From the NCBI GenBank assembly GCA_010405405.1, contig MU004233.1:1962539-2026538 (forward strand): 64,000 bases of DNA, in the 5' to 3' direction. Source of the stretch: Microthyrium microscopicum (taxonomy: Eukaryota). The position numbers and the translations under genes were made by a program. Below the pieces are notes generated by a model. It was given only the letters and a program-made list of their open reading frames with translations, searched no databases and was not told where the DNA came from. Shown here one piece after another: positions 36,139-49,345 of the stretch; position 1 is the stretch's first letter; every line of letters begins with the position of its first letter.

Positions 36139-38329
36139 TTAGGTCCTCTATTACTATAGTATATATATGCTTAATCCCCTATTCCTAAGTCTCTAGTAGG
36201 TCTTAGCTTAGGCTTAAGAAGGGGTAGAAATACTCAAAATTCTATAGTAAGGTAAGTAAAGCGCTAAAAAACTTACTCTTATATTAATAAAGCTATAATT
36301 ATAATAACTTACTTTTTTATTAATACTAATAAGAACCTTAAAGAAGCAGATAAGCTAAAAAAGGCGTAGTATAAAGCGAATAGGATTTATAATAGTAATA
36401 GTAGTAATTATTTTAATAAAGATATATTAGATATAAGAAATATTAAGTTAAAGGTATTTAGATTAGAAGAATAGGCTACTTAAAGATTAGAGCGATATTT
36501 AGAAATAGTAAAGGATCTTAGCTTTAATTCTATAAATAGACCTAGATAAACATAATTCTAATATTCTCTATAAATTTTAGTAGTAGTTATAGATATATTC
36601 TATTTATAGCCCTTTATAATATCTTCTAAAAGCTTTAAAGGTTAAATAAAATACTAATCCTAAATCTTTAATATCTTTACTCCTTAATATCTATAGGTAC
36701 CTAACTATATCTTATCTTCTTTAATATCTTTAATAAAATAGATATCTTTTAAACTATAATAAATTAATAATTCTATCTAATTAAATATTCTAAAAGAATT
36801 TAAATAATTCTTAATAGATATTAGCAACGTCCTAAAATAAGAATTTACTAAGTTTGTATAGTAATACGTTAGGTAGTTAGTTAATAAGAACGAGATACTT
36901 AAATAATATATAATAAGTATTAAACTAATGCGTAGGCTTAGCCTAAAATTAGATATTTCTCTACGCTATAATCCTTTTAACTAAGCAAAAGATTGCTTAA
37001 TAGAAACCCTCTTCTTTGCTATAATATAGTTAAATTATCGCTTAATTAGATTTAATAGCCTATTAAATAGAACTATTATAATATTACTACCCTAATATAT
37101 AATATCTCTATATAACTATTATTTCTAATAGTATTAAAATAGCTAATAGAGTCTATCTTTAAGTCTAGACTTAAGTAATATTATTCTATTATTAATAGTA
37201 CTAAGATAACTAATATTAATAGAGAGGATTATACTATTAAGATAATAAATGGCTTAGCTTTTTATATAGTATCTTCTTATATAACTACTATAAAAAGCTT
37301 ACTATTAGTTCTCTTTATCTTTAGGTTAATAAATATTTACTATAATAGCATTAATAAAGCCCTAAAAGTAATCTCTATTACTACTATCCCTTATAATATC
37401 TATATACTCTTATATTTAATCTAGCGTTAAAAAAGGATAGAATTTTAAGAGCTTAGAGTAGTAACAATAAAGATAAAGAAGAGTATTATTAAAGTAGTCC
37501 TTTAACGTTATTAAGCTTTTATAAAACTATTATACTAAATTAAAATAAATATATAATTAAGCTAAATGTATAAGTAGTAATAATATTAGAAATTTAGCTT
37601 TATATAGAGGATTATATTATTTTTTAAAGGGCATATTTTAAAGATCTATTAGTTAAGCTAACTGTCTAATTTCTTACTTTAAGAACCTATTATATACTAA
37701 TTAGTACTATAGGCATTCTTTAATATAAATTTACTATACTAATATTATAATACTATATTACTATTACTAAGTAGATCTAAATGCTATTCTTAGTATCTAT
37801 ATCTAATAGGTAATTAATATTCTTAATTAATATAGTTTTAATTAATGGCATTAAGGAATTAGAACTATTATAAAGCTACATTAGTAGCTTTACTAGTAAT
37901 CTATTATATAGCGTCTATTTTAGGTATCTTAGGCTTTAAATTTAATAATTTTTAGATAGTTAATGGCTAAGATCTGGCGGGATTAAGGTTCAAAAAGCTA
38001 TAGGGGCAAAATTTGTATATAATCCTTTATCTCTGTTTAATACCCCCTAATAGGACCGACTAATCTACCCCTTACCTCTTTTGGCTGTCGGATAGCGTTT
38101 ATTAATTATCAGGTTTTCAGCTGTCGACCCTCCAGACTGATCCAAGAAATACCATGATATTAGACTCTCCACTGTTGAAAACACTTCACCAGGCTGCGGA
38201 CTCTGGAGCTCCAACGTCAATGAGATCAAGACAGGGCCAAGCGAGGTGCTCTTAGTTGGTGGGTTAGACAAGAATGAGCCACGGATCGGAAAGCTCCTTG
38301 CTTTGGTGTTCTCGGACTGGCCGTGCAGG

Positions 38330-40080
38330 GTGGTTGAGGAAGATTTGAGCCAGGATGCTTTTTCCGTCGCCCTTCTTCTTTGGACCAGCATTGCCGACAA
38401 AACAATCAAGCCAAACCGCTTTGGGGTGTGGGTCGACCTCTCAAGCAAAAAAGGCTTGATCCTGCCCTGGCTCTCGAGCCATTATTTGATCCATCCTAAC
38501 GGGATCATCCGTACCCAAGCTGCGGGGACCTCTTCCTGGGTCCCAGACAATAATCTGAAGTTCTGAACACGGGTGTTCCACCAACACACTACGCGAGTCG
38601 ACCATGTTCCCGGCACGCAAGACGTGCAGAAAGCGAGCCGTGTTGCATTATTGCCATCAGAAAGCATGTCCAAGGCGTCTCCTCCAATGAAGACGCTGGT
38701 TGGCAATTTCTTTGCTTGAAAGATGTAACAGGTAGGATAAGAGGAGAGTTTAGGAGCATACATTGTGTTGTCGAGTTATTGAGCAATGGATGGTGGTAAG
38801 CTTTCCCCACGGCATAGTTTGGCCGCTTTGCTCGCTAGGGAGGGTTTAAACCAAGATTGAAAGACCAATGTTTACTAATATGCTCCTTTGAAAGAAAAAA
38901 GAGTGGCATTCACGACTTCTGTGCGGTGAACCGTAGAATGAGGGAACTGGTGTTGTGTAACTGATTGGATGTGAAGCTTCCTCGGGTCAGTTCTTACGCC
39001 ATTTGACTCGTTCAAGATGGGCGGATCATGCTTCGAACCATGCTCATGGCTGTGCAGCCCCCTGTCCCGCCTAAAATTACACCGATGTTTTGGTTTTATA
39101 TTCGCCAAACCTTCTGATCATGAAATCGCTTCAATAATATGTTGGCACTGCCACATGCTTAAGCTCGTCCCAAGTACACGGGGCAGTTACCATTGCTCTC
39201 TCGTCATTCCAGAGGTGGGCCTCCAAGCGCAGCATAGCAGGTCTATTGCAGTGACCGACACTAATGTCCATGATGAGGACCATTCCAAGATGGGTGCTAA
39301 GGCGTCGTACAGTGCAGTTTGCATATTTTCCCCTGATAGGGCAGGTCTTTCACGTCATGATTCTGATCATTGGGTCTCATCGCATATGAATCTCGGCTTG
39401 GTAGACTATTAAACTGTCCCGCGTTCTGTGTTGGTCAACTAGTGGTAGTTAGTCAGGACTGAGGATGAAGATCTCCATGAATGTGAGTAGTGCATAAGGA
39501 TTAAGGAGTAGTATCAGAAGAGCCGAAACATGACACTTGGATTTATACTCGGCCCAAAGTTCTCACTGCAATTTGCAGATGAACAGTCTCATACTCATTG
39601 CGATCGTGGCACGTCGTTTCGCAAGAGCAGTGATTCGACTTCCATTCTTCGGTACTCGTTCTTGACGCTTCTGGCGCAAGTTTGCCCATAGGCGTTGATG
39701 GTCCCGTTCTGCGGCTTTCTGTTTCGACCAACGGAAGACGATTTGAATGTAATCTCTCTGCAGAAAAGACTTCAGGGTTTCGCTAGAGATCCCGCGCGGC
39801 GTAGCCATCGGTGTAATTGACCGCCCATTTCAACATAAATTGAGTCTTAAAAGCGCCACAGCGGTTTTGATGATTATGAACTGCATGTTCCCTGCCATAG
39901 GGCTGAAGCCAGATTGTTCTGGGCCCGGGTGATCGTCGATAACAATGCCTCATTCAGCATCCCTGCTGCATCTGCAGTTTGTCGCCGACCAATTTGGCAG
40001 CTTGCAATGTGCATTCTGTACCAACTCTCCAAGCATCAACGCCATGCGGTAGCCCGACATTCTGCTACATTATCTTCGGC
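38330..40080 (-). pseudogene. Possible heavily degraded protein-kinase-like (SRPK/CMGC-type) pseudogene
   Basis: HIHGDLHP catalytic-loop-like motif at 39462-39485 and LSAMLVQRRRATEKASWL resembling kinase subdomain XI near 38345-38400. Many stops and frameshifts. Boundaries are approximate. Confidence 0.3.
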
Positions 40081-41728
40081 TTGACTTCTTATCACATATT
40101 CCAGAAATGGGATTAGGAACCGAAGGATAGGCGCGCCAGTCTTGAGACTAGAAGTGGAGAGAAACCCTCTCACCTTCTTCTGCGATATAAACGGGCACTA
40201 ACCCCCGCTGGTGAAGTAGTCTATGGATTAGTGCCGACGATGATAGCTTCAGCGAATCGGCATTGACGAGTATGCCAACCAATTCGGCATTTCGCGATTC
40301 TTAGCTACCACTTACGTCTTGGTCGTTGGAGAACGTCGACTGGGATTTGGAAAGGTAAACTGTGGACAATTGGATGCTAGGCAGGATTGAACCAGACCCA
40401 GTCTAATCCCTTAACATCTGAAGCTGTAAGAGGACCATGCATTAGTTTGCGGGCACCTTACTCAAAAGGGTATCGTCAAAACGCCTCAACCCCCCAAACT
40501 CACCAGAATTCACCCCTTTGGCTCCACAAAACTGGACGGGAGTGGCTGACAGCTTGCTTGGTCATTGGTTATTTTGATGTACTAAAAACACCGAAAGGTC
40601 CTCCAGATGTTAAGGGATTATATTATTAACATATGATACGAAAGCATGGAGCTGTTTCAACCATCTCACGGCAAGCACATTCTTCAAGCTTGTTTCTTGG
40701 AACTTGGAAGGAACACTTGTTTGAGTCCGCTTTCTCTCAACTGCCGGCCTTGGCCCTTGGGCAGCGGGCAGGTGTTATGTTCTACGGGACTAATAAACGG
40801 AATATGCCGCATGAAAACGGGTTGACTTTTTTACATACTCATATTACACATTTTTACGTGCCAGCGCCCCTATTCACTAAACGATGTCCGTCTGAGACTT
40901 GTACTCAGTTCGCCTATGAGGTCAATTCTCATGTGACACCAAAACACTGTATTGAAACCTCCAAAGACGCTCAACTCTAACGGCTTTGTGGTGGAAAGCC
41001 ATGTGGCTGGAGACGGGTAACGATTGATCAAATGTCCCTAAATAGAGCTCCTTAGCTGCAGAGAGGCTGTGCCTTTTTTCCTTTTTGCGTAGGTTTTGAG
41101 GACTGCGCCACGAGTAGATGTTTACCGTCAAATGGCGTCGGATCTGGTATCCAATCAAAGGACCCATCTTACCATCAATTAACCACCTTTATCATCATTT
41201 GGAGTTCGCTAGCTGTTTTCTGGCGAAGCACCGTTAGCAAGCATCGATTGGTACGGCAAATCGAGCTGTAGATATTCAGCAATTATTTTTGGATGGGGAG
41301 ACGATGTTCTCCTTATCCCGTACTCTTGCCTTGGTGAGATCTCTTACCTCAAAGACGCCAAAGTAGCAAAAAGATAGGGGTTACACTTTTGTTTGGAAGT
41401 TGAGTAGAATAGTGGAAATTGACTTGGGGTCCGATAATTGGAAGAAGATGCACTGATTGGTTCTGCGGAGTCGTCTCCGCTCTCAATTCAATTGACGTAT
41501 ATTGACTAAGACGACTCATCAGGCCACAACATGGCTGACTTTGACAAGAGCTTGGCCAAGATCAAGAGACATATTTTCCAAGCTTGCATATTCCCGGAGG
41601 AGTCGGTACGAGTCGCGCGATCTTGTCACCTGCTTCACTTATCACCGGCGCTAGATCTATCTTAACAGCCTCTCCTCTCTGTCGCGCTAGAAAATATGAT
41701 CATTCCACGTATCATAGAGTAATTGCTC

Positions 41729-44487
41729 CAGGATCAGTTTCCACTCCCCCCTCCTAGAGGCCCCCCCTATCCAGAGGCCCCCCTAGCCACGCTAAAGGGC
41801 TTTAAGCCCAAGCTTTTAGTAGTAATGCTACCAAAAGCCTAGAATTAAAGCCTTCTAGGTCAGTATGCTAATAGATTTATACTTACGCTTTATAGACGCA
41901 AGATCTAGTATCTAAAGCGCGTTTAGAATGCATTAGTAAAGTAAAGATAAAGAAGACTTATAGATTCTATAGTTTTATAGGTAATTATACTACTAGATCA
42001 GTTTTAAAGAGCTAAAGGCAATATAAATAAGATATTAAGATTCCTATTAGTCTTGTTAGTTCACTAAAGTATTAATTTTACCTTAAATTCTTTAAAAATA
42101 CTACCCTAAGATAGCTAAAATATTAATATACTTAGTATTAAATTAGGTATTTAGATTAAAGAATAAAATACGTACTACTACAAGGAAGTTTACTATTTTA
42201 AAGCGCTTCTAATTAAGTACAATTAATATTAATAAGAAGAGGCATAAAATACGCTACAATTAAGCAAAAGGACGCTCTAAAGAGTACCCTTAGCATACTA
42301 AATCTATCTTATAAGTAAATAATAATAGCACTATAATCTAGCGGATTAGTATACTTAATCCTAATAATATTTATACCTATAGAAGGCTTCCTCTACTACT
42401 ACGATCAATTAGCTCATAGGTAAAAACCATTACTACTATACTTACTAAAGCAAGAAGTACTATCTTACTTTAAACGCTAGTTACTAACATATAAGATATA
42501 CTTTAACGCACGATAGGGTATAAACTAAGCACTTAATAAATTTATAAGACTAAAAGGAAGCTATTTAAGAGGTTAACTAACAACTTCTTAAATTCTTATC
42601 TTTAGTTTCCTTCTTATATTTAACACTTAAAGAAGGCTAATTCTAACGTATTTATAAAGGTTAATTTAGTAAGAGAAGAATAGTATAGACATATATTTAT
42701 CTACCTACGTGTTAGTTAAACTTTATAAGAATATATACCTAAAATTATCTATTTAGACACGTACTATTATAAAGAAGACTATAACTTACGTCTTACAATA
42801 GCTATAAGTATTAATAGTAATAAGGAATTATTAATTTATACGTAGGCAGTATTTAAAAGTAAATTAAACAAGTCTTAGAAGTAGTTCTATAGGTACTTAG
42901 ATAAAGTAATGTTAGGGATTAAGATTAGTAAAGAAGGAAGTAAGAAATATTTCTATTTACCTAAGGATCTTCCTATTAGCCTATTAGCTAGAATATCAAA
43001 TATTCTAGCCCTTAATAGCCTTAGCATACCTCATTAAACGCGTTAAATATTATAATATTATAATCCTATAGCACTTCCTATACCTTTATATCTTTTTACT
43101 TTATCTAATTTACTCTATTTTTAGTACCTTATTCTATAATTCTTTTAGATTATAATAAAGGCCTTTAAAATACTATCCCTAAGATATTCAAAAATACTAA
43201 TTCTAAGTAGTATATATACTACCTATCTAAGAATCTTGCTAAAGTAGTTAGAATAGCTAAAGGTAAACACCTTTTAGCGTACGTAAGCTATACCTCTTAA
43301 AATTAGTTTAACTACTTCCTATAATAAGATTATTAAACCTATAGGTATAAATTCTAATTAATAATTAAATCCTATCCTCCTAAACGATAAGTACTTAAAG
43401 ATTTTAAGAGTTTATAATATAGCGTAATAACTTTAAACTACGTTAAATTTACTAATGCTACTATACTTCCTACGAAAGAGAATTACCCTCTTTTTATACT
43501 TAATGCTATTTAGAACTATATTATATAAAAACGTATAGATTAAACCTACGCTATTACCCTTTCCTTTAAGCATTTATTAACCTACTATATAATTTTATAC
43601 TAGGCCCTTATATTATACGTATAAGACCTATTTTAAAAATATCTTAAGTTAAATAAAAAGCAATTCCTATTATGTATAGTTAATTCCTAGGGTAATAGTA
43701 ATAATAACGTCTCTAGAGCTTTAGCTATTATTAGAATACGTAAAAAAGATTAGAATAACTTAAAGAATTATTATATAGATCTTTATACTTATTTTTATAG
43801 CTATTTACACTAGTAAGATAAGTTATTTCCTTACTTATACGTTATAGCTACTATTTAGCATTTGCGTAGAGATCCTATAGAGTTTATAAACAGAATCTAC
43901 TTCTTATAGACTATTAAGAAGTACTATCTTAACTTCAAAGAGGGTAAAGAAGATATAATTAATTATATTATAAGTCCTATCTTAATTCTTAACCTTAAAT
44001 TTAACCCTAATCCTTCTCTTCTACCCCCTAAAATACTTAAAATTAAGACTTAGGGACTAAAATAGAAGAAGAGGAAGCTTATTAGTAGTATTTATACTAC
44101 ACCTAAAAATATTAACTAAAAGTATAGTTCCTATAGTAAGAAAGAACATAATTCTTAAGTCTATAAGATCTAGTAATTATGCGTATTTTAGTAGATAAAG
44201 TTAGGTATCTTTAAGCTTTATTTAATACCCTTTTTAATAGAAATTGACATATTTTTAATACCAAATCTAAGGTTATAATATAATCCTAAAGAATCCGCAT
44301 CCCTTCCTCTAGAGGCCCTCTAGATTAGCATCTAATTTAATACTAACTAATAACGCTATTACTAAAGCTAGCTTTTGTATAGTGTCTCTATACAAAAGAT
44401 AGCTTCAGCCATAGCGCGTCGGGATCCCTAAAGGGAGGTCTCTGGATAGGGGGGGCCTCTGGGAGGAGGGAGTGGAAACTTCTCCTG
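41729..44487 (+). mobile_element. RIP-inactivated Mutator-like element (MULE), 2759 bp
   Basis: Imperfect TIRs of about 55 bp (CAGGA..AGTTTCCACTCCC..AGAGGCCCCCCCTATCCAGAG). 10-bp TSD GTAATTGCTC (41719-41728) and GTGATTGCTC (44488-44497). Transposase relic IYLDTYYY...AISINSN...T*AVFKSK...S*K*F at ~42740-42900, consistent with the LDxCH/AVGxDG/AWAV/SWxWF pattern. RIP-mutated CX2CX4HX4C knuckle at ~44123-44165. Confidence 0.92.
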
Positions 44488-45399
44488 GTGATTGCTCTGA
44501 CAGCTATGTAATATTTCAATAGAGCTTGACTTTCAGGAAAACATAAAGAAACTCAGTCCTTTCCATCTGCTTGCTACGATAACATGCTCGATTGAGTGCT
44601 GCCCCTGGATCAGGCTGAAGCCTGTAGGTAGATGTTACACCATGAAATATTTTTAGGAACAATGAGACTCAAGGAAATAAAATCTACTACTGGCTTTGAT
44701 AGATAACAACCCCCGCTCAATTACCCTCCCAGGACTCTGTTCGAAGCTGTTGATTCGACATATCCCAGCCACTGCATTCGGGTTTAGACGTTGCATTTTC
44801 CTGCCAAGTTCCAAGATTGCGGTCTAGACTTGGTCGTCTTGTGAACGGTTATATCAAACATCAACCTGTATGTTGACTGTGACGGCCGGCCGGGCTTTTA
44901 TTCCCAGGAAATCGGCCAAATCAACAAGCTCTTTCGGTGGGTCCTCGCTCAGCAAGCCATATGATACTTGATCAATACCGTTTCTATACAAGGCAAATAG
45001 CTCTGAGCCATCATAGCCCCCTCTTCAGTCAGTCTGAACCTTCATTATGCCAGTTTCTTAGCTCAATGCCCGGACTTCTCGACGATTCGGTATTGTACCA
45101 GCCTCTGAGCTGTAAAGTTATGGTAAAGCGATTACTGAGATTTATTTCATCACGGTTACAGTACTAGTAGATAACGATACTATTTGGAAGTTATAGTCAT
45201 AGAGCAACCGCTATTCGCATTAGGCAAATGTAAAAGAACTTCAACAGACGGGTATCTTGAGTTGAGTATACCCATTTCCTACAAAAGTCCTTCAGACACG
45301 GTGCCTATGTTCTCGTACCAAAGGTTTCATCCATTAGACCCAAAACTATATGCGACACTAGCAAGCGTTAGTCGATTGCATAAGCAACGTGGTTTCATG

Positions 45400-48300
45400 G
45401 ACATAATCTCATGGATTGTAAGAGCCTCATCTGACTTTGGCGGGCAAACTTTTAGCCTTTCTACCGAGTCACTGTGTTGACTACCATCGACTAAAGGCTA
45501 TTCGCTTCCTGTGCCAAACGCGTCGCTCACTTGTGCCAAAAACAATGCTCTTTGGTCGTGTTTTGGTAGCGGAGCACTTTCGATGATATCGAGGAAATAG
45601 TCCTGGTGAAGTGTTCCTGAGGAAAGAACACACGCGCCGTGCAGGTCTCATAGACAACAGCGTTCAATGTGTTACTGGAGATTTGTCTAGATGTACCCCG
45701 ATATTTGGCCAGCCTTGAAAGGACTATCCCTTTAGAAGAACATAGCATCTCTATGTTGGCATATATTGAAATAGTAAGTTAGCTGTTCAGTGTCCATACG
45801 AATGATCTTGTATCAAATATCGTAAAGCTCCCTATGTAAAGCTTTTACAAGGCTATAACAGGCCGACTCCAGTGAGGCCGCACGAGGTGAGGTTAAGTGA
45901 AGATTAGATTTGCGGTACTGTTACTTTAACGTGCCGCTGAATGTCCATGAGAGCATCATTGAAGATCATACCTAAGTGGCACGGCATAAGAATACCGCTA
46001 TACTTCTCGTGCTCTATGAGGCCTTAATTCTCTCACGATACATACGCCAAACTTTTGAGGCTCAATCATGCTCAACGGGCGTTGATCTGGGAGAATAGAT
46101 TCGGCAATCCTCAACCGTGTCAAATTCTGCAACATCGTCAAATGTGCAAAGGCAACGTGTCCATTTACTGGGCAGCTAGGAAATTCTTAAAATACCTATA
46201 GAAATGGTGAACAAAGGCCCAATTGAGAGACGGGCTCATCGATAGAAGACCCTTTCTACCATCGATGCGGATTTCTGTTCGGTGATTCACTTGAAGAGGA
46301 AACTGTTGCATCGACATCGTGTTAAGATTTCTGGTAAGCTACGAGTTATGAAGAACGTTGTATTTTCATGGTAGGCCAATCGCGCCACACTAACCTCCAT
46401 CGACTTTCTTTTGTCATATATCAGATGTTTGTGGCCGTCGTGACGGCGGTACGATCTGTGGACCTTCTTTAACAGAGACGAAAGACCAGAAGTTGCGAAT
46501 CGTCCATAGTCCATGAAGATGTTGCCAAAAATAGTTCTGGATGTGAAAAGGGGCATCTGCTCCACAATAGAGACACATGTTAGCATTGGGTAATTGTCTG
46601 GGCCAGGGGAATATGGCTGCCCCACAAAATTTCTGATTCTTCGTCTTCGACCTAAAAATCACTGGCAAGAAGATCGTTGGTGGAGGTTGTGGTTGCGAGT
46701 CACGGTACGGATACTAGAGTCTACGATGGGATTGGTGTTTTTAGACGTGATAGCAACTCTTAGTGGAAAATAGCATCGGCTTAACCTTCCAAGATCGATC
46801 AACATATCACCATGAGAGCACCCGAGCAACATACTGTTACTCTAGGCACTCATAAGGCAGTCGTTGACTCATCGTTTGACAGAACCGCTCTGGGGGGTTG
46901 AAACGAGGATGGTTCTTCGTAACATGTGCATTCTATGCTCACTGTTGCCTAACAAGGAGCATTGATTGATCGATCCTGGTTCCATAGACCAAAAAAGTGA
47001 TGATATACTCTGACCTAGCTAGGCTAATTTTTCATTAGAAAGCCCTGATTACCTGGCACCGATCTTCATGAAGTCCTCATCATAATGTCCAAATGCTTCT
47101 TGAGAGCCCTGACGACGGGTCGCCGAAAAGCAATAGATTGAATTGATGCCGTGGATAAGATGATAGAACCTTTGCGAAACTAGCATGCAAAAGTCTTGCC
47201 ATCGACCAGCCATGCCAGCGATTCGTGTTGGAGGATCTTCAAACTTCCTGCTTGATAGCTAGTGCCCACGTCTGGCTCTTGCTTGGTGAAGAGATCGTGT
47301 AGCTCATAAGATTCCGTCTTTGTGTGCCAAATGCTGGCAAGCAAGTCATGTTTGGGAAGGACAATAGCTCTGGACAGAAGCTGCTCATGCAATCGCGAGG
47401 TCTTGCTCTGTTGATGGTTCGTCCTCCTAATGACAGGCACCTATATAAAGATCTATTTCTGGGTTAGTCAAATCACTCTCTATGGCATAATCGATACGAA
47501 TAGCGTCATTATGGGGAACAATTTGGGAGCATATGGAGACGAAGGCAGGTAATTCACTTGACGTGATGCTCAAGTCTAATCACCTGGAGAGATTAATGCT
47601 GGCTTAGTAGCATGCCGAGACTCGAAACTCTTCATCAGCCTCAATTTGCTGTATTTGCTGCAACCATCTCGACTGGCGTATCTTCCTTCACGCTGAGCTC
47701 CCAATTGGCTGTTTCTATTCTTTCCAGAAGTTACCTTTCCAATGTCATGGCCAAGAAATAGACTCGATGAGCTTAAGCCCAAATGGATGCCGGTGAAAAA
47801 ACATTCGGTGCAAGAGAAGCTGTTCCAAGCAAAAAACCTCTGCCCATGATGCTGAAGCTGCACCACGGGGTTCTTGCACCATGTACTCGGGAGCCTTGGA
47901 CCGGGATTTGTGACTATATTGGGTCTCAAGTCTCTCGGTCCTCGTTTGGCATTACTGAATAATGAAGAAGCTTGAAAGTATACCTAGATTTAGGCATCCT
48001 TATAAACGAAGCTCCAAGTCATCAGAAAATGAGCTGCTTGAAACTGGGAACAAAGCGATTCCAGCTTCAATAAGTTATTGCTCGACAAGATCATGTCTCT
48101 CGAGTTGAGTCCACAAGTCCATAGCAAATGTTCGCCACACTTCAGTAGAGTCTTTCTTGTGAACCGGTCACTGGATGTCTTGAAGCTGGGAGGGGTGCCA
48201 AAATGGAGCCCATCAGGGCGACTTGCATCGAGTCTAAATCGTTATTCGATAAAGCTTGAGAGCTTGTGAATTCTTGCAGGAGTCGACATAAATCCAGCCT
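45400..48300 (+). pseudogene. Possible degraded NACHT-domain (fungal NLR-like) pseudogene
   Basis: Motif relics appear in the expected order: RDTC*HW (46569-46589), LWLR (46687-46698), IDAVDK Walker-B-like (47142-47159), PRGSCTMYSGALDR (47863-47904). The P-loop itself is not recognisable and frames are broken. Confidence 0.3.
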
Positions 48301-49345
48301 GTAAACTCAGGCGCAACAGGGGCTCCACCCAACATTGAAGCACTACTGCTGCGGTGCATGTGCGTAACCGGTCACCAATTCCGGTTGAAGATATTGCTGG
48401 AATGAAGAGGACGCGCATAATCAAACACCGTCATGTTCTTTGTTATGGAGTGCAAGGAGAATGAAGCATGTACTAAAGAATAGATGAAGGGACAGACCGC
48501 CATTTATACAGGGAAATTAGTACTTGTGGGCAACGAAAAGGCAAATGTTGCGGTGAACTAGCAGATCTTTAATGAGCCGGGGCTGGGTAACGGGTTCGGC
48601 CCCTGTGCAGACTCCAGAGAGGATTTGGGCGTGCTTTAGTGGAGATCATCCTTCCGCATCAATTGTTACTTGTGGTAAGAAGATGGCTTGCTTTCTAGCG
48701 CAAGGCTGATTCTGTTCTTCTGCACGTTTTCCCCATTGTCGCGCGCATTAGTTATTCCTCCTAACCGGTGTCAGTAGCATTGCTTGCTATGCGGGTATCA
48801 GCTTTGCGGCAGACCACTTCAAGGCGCAGATAGAAGATGTAGACCGCCACGGGAATGGCCTCTCTTTTATCGCTGAGTTTGAAGCAAACTTCAGTGACGT
48901 GCTTGTGCAGCTCTGGGTTGGTGTTCTTGTCTGTTTTTGACTAAGTGCTGTGTTCTGCGAACCGATTTGGCCCCATGCATGTCAATTGACCGGAACTCTT
49001 CATAACCCCAATTCGGACAGCTTCGACTGCCAGCTCACGCGTGTGACCGGCAGTCTCCACAGGTTCTTTGGCATTCACATTCGACGATTTATCTTCTTTC
49101 GCAGAGCCCCCCGTTTCGGCCTATATTGTACAACAACTGCCTTGTGCCTTGTTTCACTGTGTGCTATATCGACAAACAATCGCGATTGGAACTAAGCCTC
49201 ATCTCAAGATCCCAGCGGTGTGAGGATCAAGCACAGCCTTTTGAGGCCGTACTTCACTTTACCCTTTCGCCCATATCTGCTATCTTCTTTATAGTACTGT
49301 TTGGCACCGAACCTAGCCGTTTGACCTGAGGCATTTTCTGGGGCA

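Larger units (their letters stand above)
27425..37975 (+). pseudogene. RIP-destroyed, apparently multi-exon sequence (27425-28550 and 36139-37975) split by Gypsy copy 2; identity unknown
   Basis: Uniform RIP composition on both sides of the Gypsy, joined by the TTAGG TSD. Residual ATG plus hydrophobic stretch (MLSLFKVTLIATLTFFLP) near 27862. Intron-like GTAAG...AG segments near 28380 and 36252. Confidence 0.4.

Noticed and set aside
27412..37988. Possible TIR pair CCCTGATCC / GGATTAAGG around the RIP block
   Set aside because: Only a 9-bp match with two mismatches, no extension and no TSD.
27400..48400. Starship-like giant element
   Set aside because: No DUF3435 tyrosine recombinase captain or boundary repeats are recognisable.
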